A stretch of DNA of 56,351 nucleotides, filler included, from Sphacelaria rigidula (lineage: Eukaryota), in NCBI GenBank assembly GCA_964200075.2. It is 7 parts of 7 records of this genome, joined end to end, with 100 filler letters (N's around TTAATTAATTAA, not from the genome) between each part and the next. Parts side by side here need not be neighbours in the genome. Positions count along the whole stretch, not along the records: positions 16,132 to 24,096 come from CAXNAA020012816.1; positions 24,197 to 32,161 come from CAXNAA020012817.1; positions 32,262 to 40,225 come from CAXNAA020012818.1; 4 more parts are not named here. One strand, 5' to 3'. Positions within the stretch are counted from its first letter, which is position 1. Every line of letters starts with the position of its first letter. Positions 22,756 through 35,650 of the stretch are shown here, piece after piece. The translations under genes were made by a program, and so were the position numbers. The notes below the pieces were generated by a model. It saw nothing but the letters and a program-made list of their open reading frames with translations, did no database searches and was not told where the DNA came from.

Positions 22756-23019
22756 CACACGTGGGACAGCGCATGAGCTACCTGAAACAACTATTCGAAG
22801 AATACTCTCAGATTTTTTGTACAAAAACATTAAAACACGTGACAGTAGTGTCCGAGAAGTGAAAGCTTTACCTTCCCGCTACACCGCGTGCTCGGAGTCT
22901 ATCGCCGTCGGGAGAAATTACGGAAATAGTGACCAAATGAGCTATTTATAGCTCATGATCCGGATCAGTCCTCTAATAAGGAGTGATATCCAGGTAGCTC
23001 ATGAGCTGTCCGACGGGTG
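22756..23019. mobile_element. MITE with ~30-bp TIR and 8-bp TSD (hAT/P-like)
   Basis: CACACGTGGGACAGCGCATGAGCTACCTG and CAGGTAGCTCATGAGCTGTCCGACGGGTG; TSD AAAAATTT at 22748-22755 and 23020-23027. Confidence 0.8.
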
Positions 23020-23044
23020 AAAAATTTACATAGATGTTGCTAAA

Positions 23045-23710
23045 TAAATGCCGAGGTCACCCGTGTTTGTCCCAATTTAGTTTCGCTCGATTCCACCAGT
23101 TTCTTGGGACACGCGACTACGGTATGCTCCACACTCTCCGAGCAACTTCATGTTGGCTGCATCTGTCGAGCCCAGTATTTCAAAATGCGGAGACCATTTC
23201 TCGCACACGTGTTCCTGTATAAGCCCAAGGTCACCGGCGTCTAAACAGTTGTTTCTCCACTCGGTTCCCCTGTCTGCTGGGGTTCCAGGCCGTTGTATGC
23301 TCGACATTCTAGGGACAATTTTTACGTTAGCTCCAATTTTCACGCCGTTTCCAAGAGACATTGAACGAAATTTCATACACGCACTATTGCAAGCAAGCAC
23401 AAGATTTTCAGTGTGCGGCAGTTCGAAGAATCAGCCGCATTTACCGATTTCTTCGGGTCACAACCCACTGGGAGTTCACGGGGACACCACATTCTCTGAA
23501 TCATTTAATGTTTTCTCGATTTCTCACGTTGCTTGGGCGCCATATTTCACATGCATGTTCCTGAAGACAAGCCCGAGGTCGACAGAGCTGGTGGTTGTTG
23601 ATCTACGCTCGGTTTTACCTGTTTCTGGGGGTCTCCTTTCAGACAAGCCCGAGGTCGACAGCGTTGGTACCTGATGATTTACGCTCGAATTTACCGGTTT
23701 TTAAGGGTCT
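23045..23710. repeat. Dispersed/tandem subrepeats (AAGCCCGAGGTC motif)
   Basis: Motif at ~23050, 23221, 23569 and 23645; the last two are ~75-bp tandem units. Confidence 0.6.
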
Positions 23711-24053
23711 CATTGCGCGGGAAACGGACGGGACCCCAAGAAGCCGGTGACACCAAGAAAATCCCAACAAGAATCCATACTGGCGACCCCAGGCTTTCCT
23801 CCAGGGAAAGGTGGGCGAAATTCGATGTCCCAACGCTTGAACTCAGCGTGATGAATGACTGACCGGGAAGTTTCTGGGAATCTCTCTCGGACCAGCTTGC
23901 TTGTGCCGGGGCGATAAGAGGTTGCAAAGTTTGACGCTGCTACAGGAGGATGGGAGGGTCGAATTTTTGTGCAATAGCTCACACACGAATCTTCTGTCAA
24001 GGTTGGATATTAGAGCCTGCGGTTGAGGGCCGTCGTAGATTCTACGGTTGATG

Positions 24054-24096
24054 GGGGGGGGGGGTGTACTCATGATCATGCCTGCCATAGTCATAA
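24054..24096 (-). mobile_element. LINE 3' end (family X) at contig end
   Basis: Reverse complement reads TGACTATGGCAGGCATGATCATGAGTACA followed by C11. Confidence 0.75.
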
Positions 24097-24196
24097 NNNN
24101 NNNNNNNNNNNNNNNNNNNNNNNNNNNNNNNNNNNNNNNNTTAATTAATTAANNNNNNNNNNNNNNNNNNNNNNNNNNNNNNNNNNNNNNNNNNNN
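24097..24196. other. Artificial contig spacer
   Basis: 44N-TTAATTAATTAA-44N. Confidence 0.98.
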
Positions 24197-24250
24197 AGGG
24201 GAGTAGCACGAGTGGGCGGAGGAGGAGAGGGGGGGGGGGGGGGAGAGAAG

Positions 24251-24291
<41 letters not shown>

Positions 24292-24580
24292 AACTCGATG
24301 CCGGCGAGTACCTTGCGTGACACGTGTCTAGATTTGGGGTCTTGACTGTAGAAATGATACTTCCTGTGGCGGTATTTCTGATATTTGGACCACGATTGCT
24401 CTACAGACGGACGTTGATCTATGTACATACTTTTACACACATTTTTCTCGCACGACACCTTCGTCAGTGTCCCCCATGAACCTGATGTAATTGTATTGCT
24501 GTGAAATGCGGATCAACCTGCTGATGCACGCTCTGCTGCTTCAAAACAAAGACGACGAAATCATATTTTGCCAAGAAAAA

Positions 24581-24647
24581 GCCCTACCGGGATTCGAACT
24601 CTCGACCTCCAGAGGTGGAGTCTCGCACACACCTGAACTACCGGGGC
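24581..24647 (-). repeat. tRNA-derived head (A and B box), not a functional tRNA
   Basis: GCCCCGGTAGTTCAGGTG...GAGGTCGAGAGTTCGAATCCCGGTAGGGC followed by TTTTT; the T-stem is unpaired. Confidence 0.6.
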
Positions 24648-24830
24648 GCAGCGGTGTGTCATACGAAAATCGGAAAACCACGCACGGGGATCTTCCGCAC
24701 ACAAGGTTAGGATTTTTTACGCAAGCAACAATAATGTTTTGCCTCTTGGTGATGATTGTTCCAAAACCTGGACAATTTATGGTCAATGGTTGCAATCGAC
24801 AAAAAAAAAGTTTTGCGTAAATTATCAACA

Positions 24831-25217
24831 ACTAGTCGGACTTCGACACCTTGGAACGACTTGCTCTACTCGTTGGGACGGTTCGAGGACATCGTCGCGT
24901 TTTCCGGTAGCCACAGTGTTTATTTCGGCCAAGCAAGCATCCTTGTCCAGAGACGGTCAAGTCCAGAAAAAAATGGCATTTTTTTTCAATATATATTTGA
25001 CAGTTCTCGACAACTGTTGGACAAAATTGCAAGCTTGGCCATAATAAATACTGCGGCCATCGGACAACGCCAATATGTCCGCGAACCGTCTCAACGAGTA
25101 GAGCAACTCATTCCAACGTGTCAAGCTCCGCCCAGCTCTCTTGTAGGGCGTAGAACGACCAGGGGCCACACAGCATTTTCAGAGGATTTTTTTTCCTCAC
25201 CACCGTAAGGAGCGGCC
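24831..25217. mobile_element. Fold-back MITE, same family as 40747-41212 (PIF/Harbinger-like)
   Basis: Inverted arms TTGGAACGACTTGCTCTACTCG and CGAGTAGAGCAACTCATTCCAA. The right end is GCGGCC|TTA; the left end is not resolved. Confidence 0.75.
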
Positions 25218-25239
25218 TTACTGAACTGGAAAAACAAAA

Positions 25240-25300
25240 GATCTGCTGGGACTCGAGCCCATGACCTGCCGCCCTACCCGGCGGCAAACCTGCACCGTCA
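25240..25300 (-). repeat. tRNA-derived head (degenerate)
   Basis: AGGTCATGGGCTCGAGTCCCAGCAGATC followed by T-runs. Confidence 0.4.
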
Positions 25301-26684
25301 TACATTAACCAACATTCATGGCGCAATAAAGGAAGTTTTGATCTGAAAGTTTACACGTGTTTTTCCGGCCGATGCGCAGAAACTAGCTGTGGTGGCTAAA
25401 CCTACAACATATATTTTTCAAGTTATGGCAGTTCCAATTTTGTCACAGTCTCGGAATAGCTTAAATTCTTCATTTTTTCGGCTACTCGAAGCACGTAGAT
25501 GTAGACAAGTACTTCGACGGTGAGGCGACCGCCATCGCCGAGCAATTGCTCTACGGTAGTCAGGGGCGTTCGCGGAGGTAGTCATGGTGCGATATCAAAA
25601 CGCATGCTGCGTACACTCGGCGCGTTCAGCACTGTAAGATCTTGTACGCTGCAGACCGCATGTGCAGCCGCGGCACGATACACTACAGAATGCACAGCAA
25701 AAATATGAGGCGTGATAATCAGGCGGTCGACAACCACACCACCATCTGTGTTATGACGCAACTATGTACCTCTTGTGCACTCCCGGTTCCTTCCGCCGTA
25801 GAGTAGGCGCTTTGAGTTGTGACAAAAGGATGATTGTGAACCTAAAAAGTGTAGTGTCTGCCTCAGTCTGCCAGCGGGAGGGTCGCTGTCTAAGGGTTTA
25901 GCGCCGAAAATAAAAAAGTTGAAGCTCACCAAGCTCCTATAACTTTTGAACGGCAATAATTCAAGGGATGGGGGCGTTCGCTATTTTTCTCGCTCGCCTA
26001 AAGGGATGCGCTCTCAGATAATTGAAAATATTCGGAATTGTTGTTTCTTTATACGGATTGTTTTGTTGCAGAAGAGCAAACACAAACCCCTACGCGAAAA
26101 GCAGTATAAACACGAAGCTGCATATTTCACGACACCAGCTTGGTGGATTCCTGAGCTGGATAGCTTCCACGAGTGATCACCTCAAACTAGCCGATGACGG
26201 CGATACGCTCAGCTTACCCCGACTGGGTGCCCCTCAAAAGTCGTGTCCACCTGGCACAACGAAGTTTTCAACCGTGCGGCTGGTTGAATAATAAAGATAA
26301 TATCATCGAGGAAGCACCGCCATCATAAAAAGAGCGGCTTCGGGCGATCGAGTTGCACGAGGGGATTTCTTCCGATACTCGGGTATTTCGGGATTCTCAT
26401 CAGTTTCGGCTGTCAGTACTTTGCGTACCCTCGAGTATTCTCGAGTATTCTCGAGCATTCTTCGGCACACGAAGATATTTCGACCACCCACGGTACACTC
26501 ACGATATGAAGCCCTATCCTGGACACCCAACGAACAACGGGTTATCCAACCGATAACCAAGGGGTAAAAACAAGCAAAATCACGTATCGAAAATCACCGA
26601 ACAAACCAGCTATAACGGCTCCTTCCTTGACAAAAACAAAAACAAAAGACGGGAAATATAAATACAAAGAAATACAAATCTGAC

Positions 26685-27047
26685 CTTTTGAACATCAGCG
26701 TCTCCGGCCCCCATGGGATGTTGCGCGGAAGATACACCTACACCGCTACGCTGCGCTCGCTCAACCCCGTGCAGCTGCTGCTCCAGCAATTGCGCTTGCT
26801 CCTGCTGCTGTTGTTGAAGCAATTGCTGCTGCTTCAGCATTGCCTGCCTTTGCTGTTCTTGCTCCCTCTGCTGCTGCTGCAACGCTTGTCCACGCCGGAG
26901 TGCGGCAGCCAGAGCAGCCGCCTGCTCCTGTTGCTGTTGCAGCTGCAACTGCTGTTGCAGTTGCTGTTGCTGTTGCTGTTGCTGCAGCTGCTGCTGTTGT
27001 ACGAGTAAGTCTTCATTCGTTGCCGCCTGCTCCGCCTGCTGCCTCTG
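26685..27047 (-). CDS. Gln-rich coding exon of an unknown gene
   Basis: 363 nt (121 codons), with TTTTGCAG| acceptor and AAG|GTCAGA donor; mixed CAG/CAA poly-Q with a helical pattern. Confidence 0.7.
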
Positions 27048-30000
27048 CTGCAAAATCAAGCAGACGAGCAGGAGCGCGAACGCACATTCAACGCAGCCAA
27101 GACAACCACAGGGAACACGAGTCGTTCAAGGAAGGGCCAAAAACTATGGTTTAAAGAAAGAAGTTGTCCTAGTGTGTGTGTGTGTGCTTAGGGACGAGGC
27201 AACTATACTCAAGTTTTTGTCACATCATTTTGGATCATTTACTCTTCCGCACGATCATGAATGGCGGCAATATCATGCTGTCCACGCATAGTGTGTTTGT
27301 TACATTACTCGACGTATTCCAGATTCAGGTATGAAACAGAGGACCGACTTTCTGAAAGCCAAAAAGGTAACCCGATGTCTGTTCATTATGCGACGCGGAA
27401 CCGGCAAGACAGAAAATTTCTTGCTTCCCAAAAAACACAGCAAAAGTCCAGAAAGCTTCAACGAACGGAAGATTTCTCGAAACGCCTCATTAGGAAATTC
27501 GAAGTCTCCGCTCCTGCCGGTCTTATTTCGACATGTGTTTTCACCCTCACAATGATTGGGATCACCTAAATAAAATAAGTGACCAAAACGTCGTTAAGTA
27601 AATATTATTTTCCGCCATGGGGTTCGTAGGATTGCTGGTGGTTATACAGTAAACCACGACTTCAAAACAGGTGAGAGAAAAAAGAAGAGGCAGAACTTCG
27701 TTTTTCATTATAAATAAAGGGGGGGGAAAACGCGTGAACGGAAAAAGGACCCGATACGGCACAGCACAGCACAGCACAGCCAGCACAGCACACTGACAAC
27801 AACAAAAAATGTGTTTATTCATGTGTGTATGAGTGCGTACGTATGTACGTGAGGTCCTATTAATAGGTGTGTACTGTAACTGTACTACCCCCTTTCTTCA
27901 TCGCTCGCGTGTGTGTGTGGGTGTGTGTGTTCGTGCGTGTGTGTGTACCTTTGGTTTTTGTAGAGTAACGGCGTTCTGTCCTAGGTGCGAGGCCGTTCGT
28001 TGGCTTTGTTCTTCGACACGGCACGACTCGTTGCCTCTACACTCGGCGCGCGGGCTTGTTGCGCATTGAGCCGCGACCAATGAAAAAAGATGCGCCGAGG
28101 AGGGGGGGAGGGGGAGGGGGAGGGGGGACAGGGGGAGGGAGGAAGCGCGGGGGAGGGGGGCGGGAACGGCGGGGGTACGGGGCGCGAGGACGGAGTACTG
28201 GCAGCGCATGAATGTGACAACACCGCGGCGAAAATGTCCCTACAAGGCTGAAAAAAACGCCCACCAACGATCGCAGCGGCTGCGCTGACCAAGCCCCCGT
28301 CAAGCACCTGGTACATGATTTACCCCCAAACACCGTGTTACATGCTTGAGCTGTACTTGCATCTGTCTCTGAACTTCTTTTTTTGTGCACCCTACGGAGG
28401 ATATGAAAAAATTCCGCCAAATCCCCCCCTCTCCCCTCCCTCTGACCCCGGTCCCCCCTCCTCCTCTCCTCCGCGAATGTACACGACCATGATCTCTGCC
28501 ATCAACCTTTTTCGAGCGCGGACTGATGGACGACACCTGGGTCCCAGAGCCATTTTCAAAAGGAAAAAGAATGCCGATTTGAAAGATGATCAACCCTGCC
28601 TGGACAGGCAGGCAAGCCGAAGGGTTTTGACAAGAAATTTCCGGGCGTCAGTTTTTTCAATGTTAAGTAGATCATCAAGAGATCACGGTGAGGAAGGAGG
28701 GGGGAGGGGGGGTACCAAAAGAGAGCGAGAGTATATTTACAGTGCGAGGGAGGAGGGAGAGTCTCCTAGGGCAGAAATATTGGAGCAAAATGGAGGCTAA
28801 ACGTAATTTGCGAGATCTGATTATAGCCTTTCCTCCGCAACATCGGAAGGGAGAAGGCAAAAGCGTAGACGAAAGAGATTTTTTGTACAGGTGAGAGTGT
28901 TCCCGCGCACTCAAGTTTCGTCAACTTCACTTCCATAGCCTCGTCCTTTCCAAACAACAGTCATGAAATTTTGCAGGGTGAGAATCAAAGGCTCGCGTAG
29001 CTCAAGCAGGACTTGGTCTTATCTGGAAAGATGCAAGGGCTGGTTACCCCGTGTTTCGGGAAGGTCCTTCCCTCCTCAAGACCCGAAAAAAACAATTAAC
29101 CCACATGATAACTCGCGGGTGGACAGCTATTGCCCGATGAAACCGGAGCATTAAAAATATGCGGCGGACGAAGAAGAGGGGACTTGCGGTCATTGTCTAT
29201 GATAGCTGGTCAGACATTTTGAACGTTTTTTCTCGTCACAAACTCTCGCCGAAAGTAATCTCGCAGCAAGCGTTATGTGCAGGTCACAACTCGAGAAAAG
29301 TCCACTTCTTGGTCTCCAGCTCAACACCGCGAAACTTGCACAATATACGTATCAAACGAGTACAGGCAGGTGGGTGAGCGGGGGTGGGCGGGCAATTTCT
29401 TCGGGAAGACATTCCACCCACCACCAATGCGATCGCTTGTGCGAAGTCACAGCTCTCCGACACGCAACAAAACCCCACTAGTTTAACGTTCAGCAGGAAC
29501 AGCGTTCGATCAATCTTTGCGGGGGTGATCTCTAGCACCCCTCCTCTCTCATGTTTCCGGATAAATATTCCGAAAAGAATTCGGATATTCTCTCGACGCC
29601 TGGAGTTTTTTGTTGGCTTTATTCTTCACTCATTATCTTGCCGCTATTGCGCCGATGACTGCAGCGCATGCGGGGACAAGGTCGTGGACTCACCCTGTCG
29701 ACAGTCGAGCATGTGGCACATCACAGATGTCACGCACACAGGCTGTGCTCGACACGAGCACAAGAAAACACAAGGGAACAAAACAAAAGACGTGTCGTCT
29801 GTAGGAGCAGTTAAGCGCTCTCCATCGCCTACAAACTTACTCAGTAACAACACTGACAACCTCGCCCCGCCCCGCCTCGCCCCCCCCCCTTCCCTACGCA
29901 AAACAGTGTCAGTACAGAACCAAATAACGCCAAACCCGAGTCGTGATGAGAGCGAGGCGAGGGGGTGAAAGTGAATGATATCCCTTCGAGGGATTGAGAG

Positions 30001-30145
30001 AAAAAAATCCACACACCCCAGATTAAGCGCAAAAAAAAGCATTCAAACGTGTTCACGCAAGTTTCCTGGGCATCCCGTCGTCTTAACTTCTCCCATTTCT
30101 TTCTTGCCGGTTTCGACTAAGTCACACACACAAACCCGCGACGAC

Positions 30146-30231
30146 AGGAGTAGGAACGGTGCTCCGTCTCGGAAAGCGATGCGTGGTTAATGGTCGAACC
30201 ACCAAGGCAAGCAACAAATTAGTACGCCCCC
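30146..30231 (+). mobile_element. LINE 3' end (family X)
   Basis: AGGAGTAGGAACGGTGCTCCGTCTCG...GGCAAGCAACAAATTAGTACGCCCCC. Confidence 0.75.
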
Positions 30232-32161
30232 ACGCGACGACGATAGCCCGTATGTACACACAGTGAGCGACGCACGACGGAGAAACAGTAGAACACGTGT
30301 GATGACTAAATATCGTTTTTTTCCCCTCAGTTCTCCTCCAGCTTTTTCTTTTCTTTTCTCCTTTCAAACTGCATACTACAATCAACGGCAAAACTTGATA
30401 TACGTTCAACACTCTGGAGAACAGATAACACTGGCATAATAAAATGCAATGCATACACTATCGAATCCATTTTCAACTTTCATACTTCGAACAATACCAA
30501 AACTTCATGTATGTTCCAAACCCTGGATATTAGGATAACACTGGCGAAAAATTGTACTACATACAGTATCAAAATCATTGTCTATTTGCGCTACACAACA
30601 AAATCGATACTGCGTGCAGTGCACTTTATGCCCCTGTTATCCAATAATTGTCCAGGATGTGGTCGATTCTGACGACATATGATATGTATCCCATCTATCT
30701 AATTTTCCCTTCATCATGAACCAAGCAAAAAAACAAAATGATGACATGAAATGAAATAAATGAATGAATTGACGAATGAAAGCATGCAAGCCATGCCACC
30801 AACCGTCGTTTATCTACAAAAGCGAGTGATCGACAAGGAGACTTTCGTCGGCATCCAAGAAAAACTCAAAACCCCGCTTCACCTTCACGCGGTGACAAGG
30901 CCTCTAACGTACAATCATCTAACGTACAATCATGTGTGCGAAGTCAGTCCACTCGCGGAACACAGCGAGGTTCAAGATTTCTTCATCTCCCGCTGCGCCT
31001 CCGCCCCTCTCCCAGATACACAATCGCGCGAAATGCGCACAGGAGCCACCGTAAAAATCAATACACGGGGAGAGATTCCACGACGTACGCGGGCTGGGGA
31101 AGGGTTGAGGCACGGGGGAAAGATTTACATACCGCACACATGATGTGATGCACCGCCGTCCAACCTCGACCGAAGATACATAATAACGTGCTTCTAAGCA
31201 TTAAGAGCAATGACATTGTAATTTGCCATGAAAACAAAAGCATGTAATTCGAAATACACGCGGAGATACGTGGGTGTCTACTTCCGTTCATGGGCTACTT
31301 GTTTTCTTTTTCGCCCTTTCCTGTTTCTTGTGGAATGGCAAAGCACCCCCGCCCTCCTTCCCCCCTCCAGGTTCTTCTTTTTTCTTCGTTGCAAAAATGA
31401 TGCATCACCTGGTGGGCCGCTGCAGCCAACAAAGGTAGCAAAGCAGACGGCGAGTATGCTGAGGGCTAAGCTCATACAGACAACACCAGCACACACAAAT
31501 ACAGAGACGGGACACAACACTCAATATATTTTGCCAGCACGAGAGTCACTGTACACGCACAATACTTACAAAATTATCCGAGGATCGTGTTATACCCCCA
31601 CCACACGTGCAAAACCCGAACACACACACACACGCAGATTTTCTCTTCTCTCCAGATGGAAGCTCACATACCGTCTAGTTATTTTGTGGTCTTTTGTAGT
31701 AGCCGTCAAAGCTTGCTGTTTTCGAGGACTGTCACTCTCTCACACACACAACACACATGAGCACACGCACTACAGACGCGAGACGGGTATGATCGACTGA
31801 ATGTACCTCATCCTACCCCGGCGTGGTGCTACACACACCATAGAGTATCCGCCGCATGTGACGACTCGACGAACGCTTGCGTTCACCCACATGAAACACG
31901 AACATCAAACATGCACCAAAAATGAATAAATGAGCGTGCATCTTTGGTTCGAATTTTCATGACACGAGAAGCAAACGTTTCTTCTCTCATCCCGAGGGTG
32001 TTCCCTTCTCAAACAGATGTCATGGATCAGTAACTATCCTGGATCTTTCCGTTATATATATATACTCATTTTCATGGGGAAAAAAAGAAAGAATTATGTG
32101 ATGATGTAAAAAAAAAAAAAAAAATGCCAACGCTCTGCTTGTTTTGCTTTTCACCGTTTTC

Positions 32162-32261
32162 NNNNNNNNNNNNNNNNNNNNNNNNNNNNNNNNNNNNNNN
32201 NNNNNTTAATTAATTAANNNNNNNNNNNNNNNNNNNNNNNNNNNNNNNNNNNNNNNNNNNN
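32162..32261. other. Artificial contig spacer
   Basis: 44N-TTAATTAATTAA-44N. Confidence 0.98.
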
Positions 32262-32566
32262 GTTGCGCGAAGTTTTTCCGACTGTGTTTCATCCTCAACA
32301 AAAAGTACCATCCTCAACATAGATGATTCGCTGTTATACACCTGCATAGAACGTGTGGTGCCCTTTCTATATGCATTTATTTGGTATTGGTGCAGACCAC
32401 TGCGTTCAGCTTGTTCAGTCAAATGTGAAAAGTTGACACACCCGCCACCCCAGGAGATCGGGTTCGGGCCAGGCGGAGAGTTTGCATGATGACTGTCGTG
32501 CGAATGTTGTCATTTTGAGACAAACGATGCCTGGTGACGTCATCACAACAACACTAACGGCTGTCA

Positions 32567-33006
32567 CAACAGCCGATCATTGAAATTGAGGATGGAGTTT
32601 TTTATTGAGAATGAGAACCCGGAAAATTGGAATCTTCGTATCCTCACCAAATCCACGAAATATGGTTCCATTCCTTCATCTACTGGTCGTTATTGACGAG
32701 TACTAGACGTCATACAAATTTGGATTTCGATTACCGAAATGTTGGGGTCCTAGATGGAAAACCAATGTCAAGGAGTATCAGTGGAATCAATCTGAAATTC
32801 CCTGAAATCGGTCTTCCACCTAGGACCCCGACATTTCGGTTATCGAAATCCAAATTTGTATGTCGTGTAGTACTTGTTAATAGCGACCAGTAGATAAAGG
32901 AATGGAACCATATTTCGTGGATTTGGTGTGGATACGAAGATTCCAATTTTCCGGGTTCTCATCCTCAATAAAAAACTCCATCCTCAAAATCGATGATCGG
33001 CTGTTG
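32567..33006. mobile_element. Fold-back element with ~210-bp inverted arms; same family as 49196-49604
   Basis: The arms give near-identical ORFs on opposite strands (MESSYPHQIHEIW...). A partial further right arm lies at 32275-32337. Confidence 0.9.
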
Positions 33007-33534
33007 AACGCATATCCACCGCGTAGTCGGTTGTCCGCATATACATGCTGGAAGTGGGTGGGATGTGCATTTTTCATGGAACACCCTCCACGATTGGGCT
33101 TTTACAGTAGAATGTGACAAGTTGACACACATGCTACCTCAGGAGGTGAGATTTGGCCAAGGCCGAGCGATTATTGCGTGATGTCAGTCGGTAGTCGTTG
33201 CCAACTTGAATATATCAAGAGGCACATGATGCTTGGTGTGACCTCATTACAATAACATCGAAGGCCGAAATGCACATCCACCGCGTAGTCGCAAGGGGAC
33301 GTGCATCCCTCAAACAACACCCTCAAAGACTTGGGTTCTTCCACGGTGTTGACGTCGGTTGGCAACGACGCTGTACAACACGCCACTCGTTGCGTATACG
33401 CTAGGCAGTCAGGTTACCGTTTTTTGTGGTAACCATGAGTGTGGTCGAGCTATAGTGCATCATATTGTGCAGGGTGGAGGACCTCAATTTCGCGCAATGG
33501 GGATAATCATAATACGTTGTGAATAAATGGTGGA

Positions 33535-33806
33535 CCCCCATAAGGCAGTGTATAAGCCGTGGCGGTCTCTGCGCTATTTCGAGGCTGTCATCCAAAATCA
33601 AGATGATCATACGCTCTGGACCGAACGATCTTAGCAAGATGCAGCTCACCCTTCATGCAACTCGCCGAGCACACCACGGCGCTTCGCGCTTGGTGATTGA
33701 TTGCGAGCCTGATCCGGCGAAAAACCGGCGTGCGCCGTCCCGGCTTTGCATGGATGTGGGGTCAACGGCCATGTGACTGCGGCATGCAAGATCATGAGTA
33801 TATCCC
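33535..33806 (+). mobile_element. LINE 3' fragment (family X)
   Basis: Colinear with 7711-7966; ends GGCATGCAAGATCATGAGTATATCCC. Confidence 0.75.
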
Positions 33807-35569
33807 AACGGTTGGACTTGTTCAGTCAAATGTGAGAAGTCGACACACACGCCACTCCAGGAGGTGGGAATCGGCCCGGGCCGTTTGAGTGATGGTTGTC
33901 GGTAGTCATTGACGCCTCGGGCGTCAAACGCCAGGGATTAGAAGATCCGAAAAAGATGAAACATTGGCAAGAGTAAAGCCTGAGGAGTTAATGGGTCGGG
34001 CAGACTTGTAGCCAGACAACCAGCCTGACAGGAAGATACATATTCAACCTCCCTCGTAGAGATACCAGTTCACAGTTCACCACTGCAGAACTAAGCGTTG
34101 GGTCAGAACTTCCCTCAATCGCTCTTGAACGTGAGCTACTTATATGACCAACAGAATGTACTTATTGGCGGCGTGTGATGTGCGAGAAACCAGCGGTGCG
34201 TGATTGGACATAAAGGGTGACAGTTCAAAGCGGCTCGTGTGCGAGCGTGTGCGTATTCACGTGTATTGGGGTATCCCCTTTGACTAATCACCTGCCCATC
34301 ATTCGGTCAGGCAGCTGCTGGCGATCAAAACCCGTCCGTGTACGTCAGAACTTCCTATTTATTGTAAATATCAGGTGCCGTGTACGTGACAAACGCCTCA
34401 ACAGAAAGCACGGTGAACGGACGCGTCAAAGGTCCCACAGGCTCTTTCGGACTGGTGGGCCGTTCCTCAGTCACGTCGGAAAGAAGAATAGTCTAAGAGC
34501 TCGGCCAAGAGCTGGAAACGGAAGACGCTCATTTCATTATCGACCGGTGCAGTCATCCACCTCACTTCCCTCTACGGATGGGAAGTCTTACTCAAAGACG
34601 TCCGTTCTCTTATATGACATCGTGGGGCCACGAGTAGCTTTTCCAAACAATGCTTGTGGTCTCTTCACTCGCCACTGATGGCTGTCCAGCTATTTACGCA
34701 ACATTCCCGAGTTTGAGCAGAACCGAAAACGATTTCACTGATGACTCTCTCAGTCAGCACGTAGCTTTCAGCCCCCTTCTACGCCCGAGAGGTGAAATAC
34801 TCTGTCGCCCTCTCATCAATGTTCCCTCTTCATCTTCCTCCCTCTCTGCATTTGCGCCTGTACATGCTACGTGTCTGAGATCATTTCATCATAAACTCCG
34901 TAATTACACGTGTGCATGCCAGCACAAACACAAGTATGTGGTACTTTTACTCTCCAGCTCCGGTATGCGAGCCCGAGCAGGGGTGGAGACGGGCTGCCAA
35001 CAGCGACTCGAGTCACCTCCGGAATACCACCCCCTGTCTACTGCTGTACGGACCTCTCATTCATCACACGCTTGAAGCAAAACAGCACGCAATACTCCTC
35101 TAATGTATATAATAATGTGACATGTTTGTTCTGCGCACCATATTGCCCACACCTCGTTGAGAGTGGATATCATTCAAACACGCACATTATACGCGTTAAA
35201 AATAGACCAAGCCAAGAAACGTCCGCGTGTGCAGCCTGTGTTCCGTACAAAACAGGATCATGAACATGCCTGATACATTTCTCCACCGCCCTTTTTCGGA
35301 TGCGCATGGGCCTTCTATGGAAGCACTTTTGCAATGCGCATGCAGAGAAAAAAAACAGCGCCTCGACAGGCAACAACGGTAAAGCCATCAAAGGGGAAGA
35401 CCGATTTCATAAAACAAACACATCATGAGGAATACGTGCGAGGGCATGACCCCCCAGCACGAGAAAACATAAATGAGAGCATGAATCAACAAAAACAAAA
35501 TGACGGGTGTGGGTGGCGGCAACGGGGTCAGCACCACCCCAGCAGTCACGCCCTCCACCCCCGCCCCCC

Positions 35570-35650
35570 TGCGAGGTCAATGGTCCCATGACTACCGCAT
35601 GCAAGATCGTGAGTACCCCACCACGCCCTCCCCCACCCCACCCCCCGCCC
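35570..35650 (+). mobile_element. LINE 3' end (family X) embedded in a C-rich tract
   Basis: GCGAGGTCAATGGTCCCATGACTACCGCATGCAAGATCGTGAGTACCCC; C-rich on both sides. Confidence 0.7.

Noticed and set aside
32627..32946. Twin identical-looking ORFs on opposite strands (also at 49131/49451, 54883/54897 and 40753/40943)
   Set aside because: Products of palindromic MITE arms, not genes.
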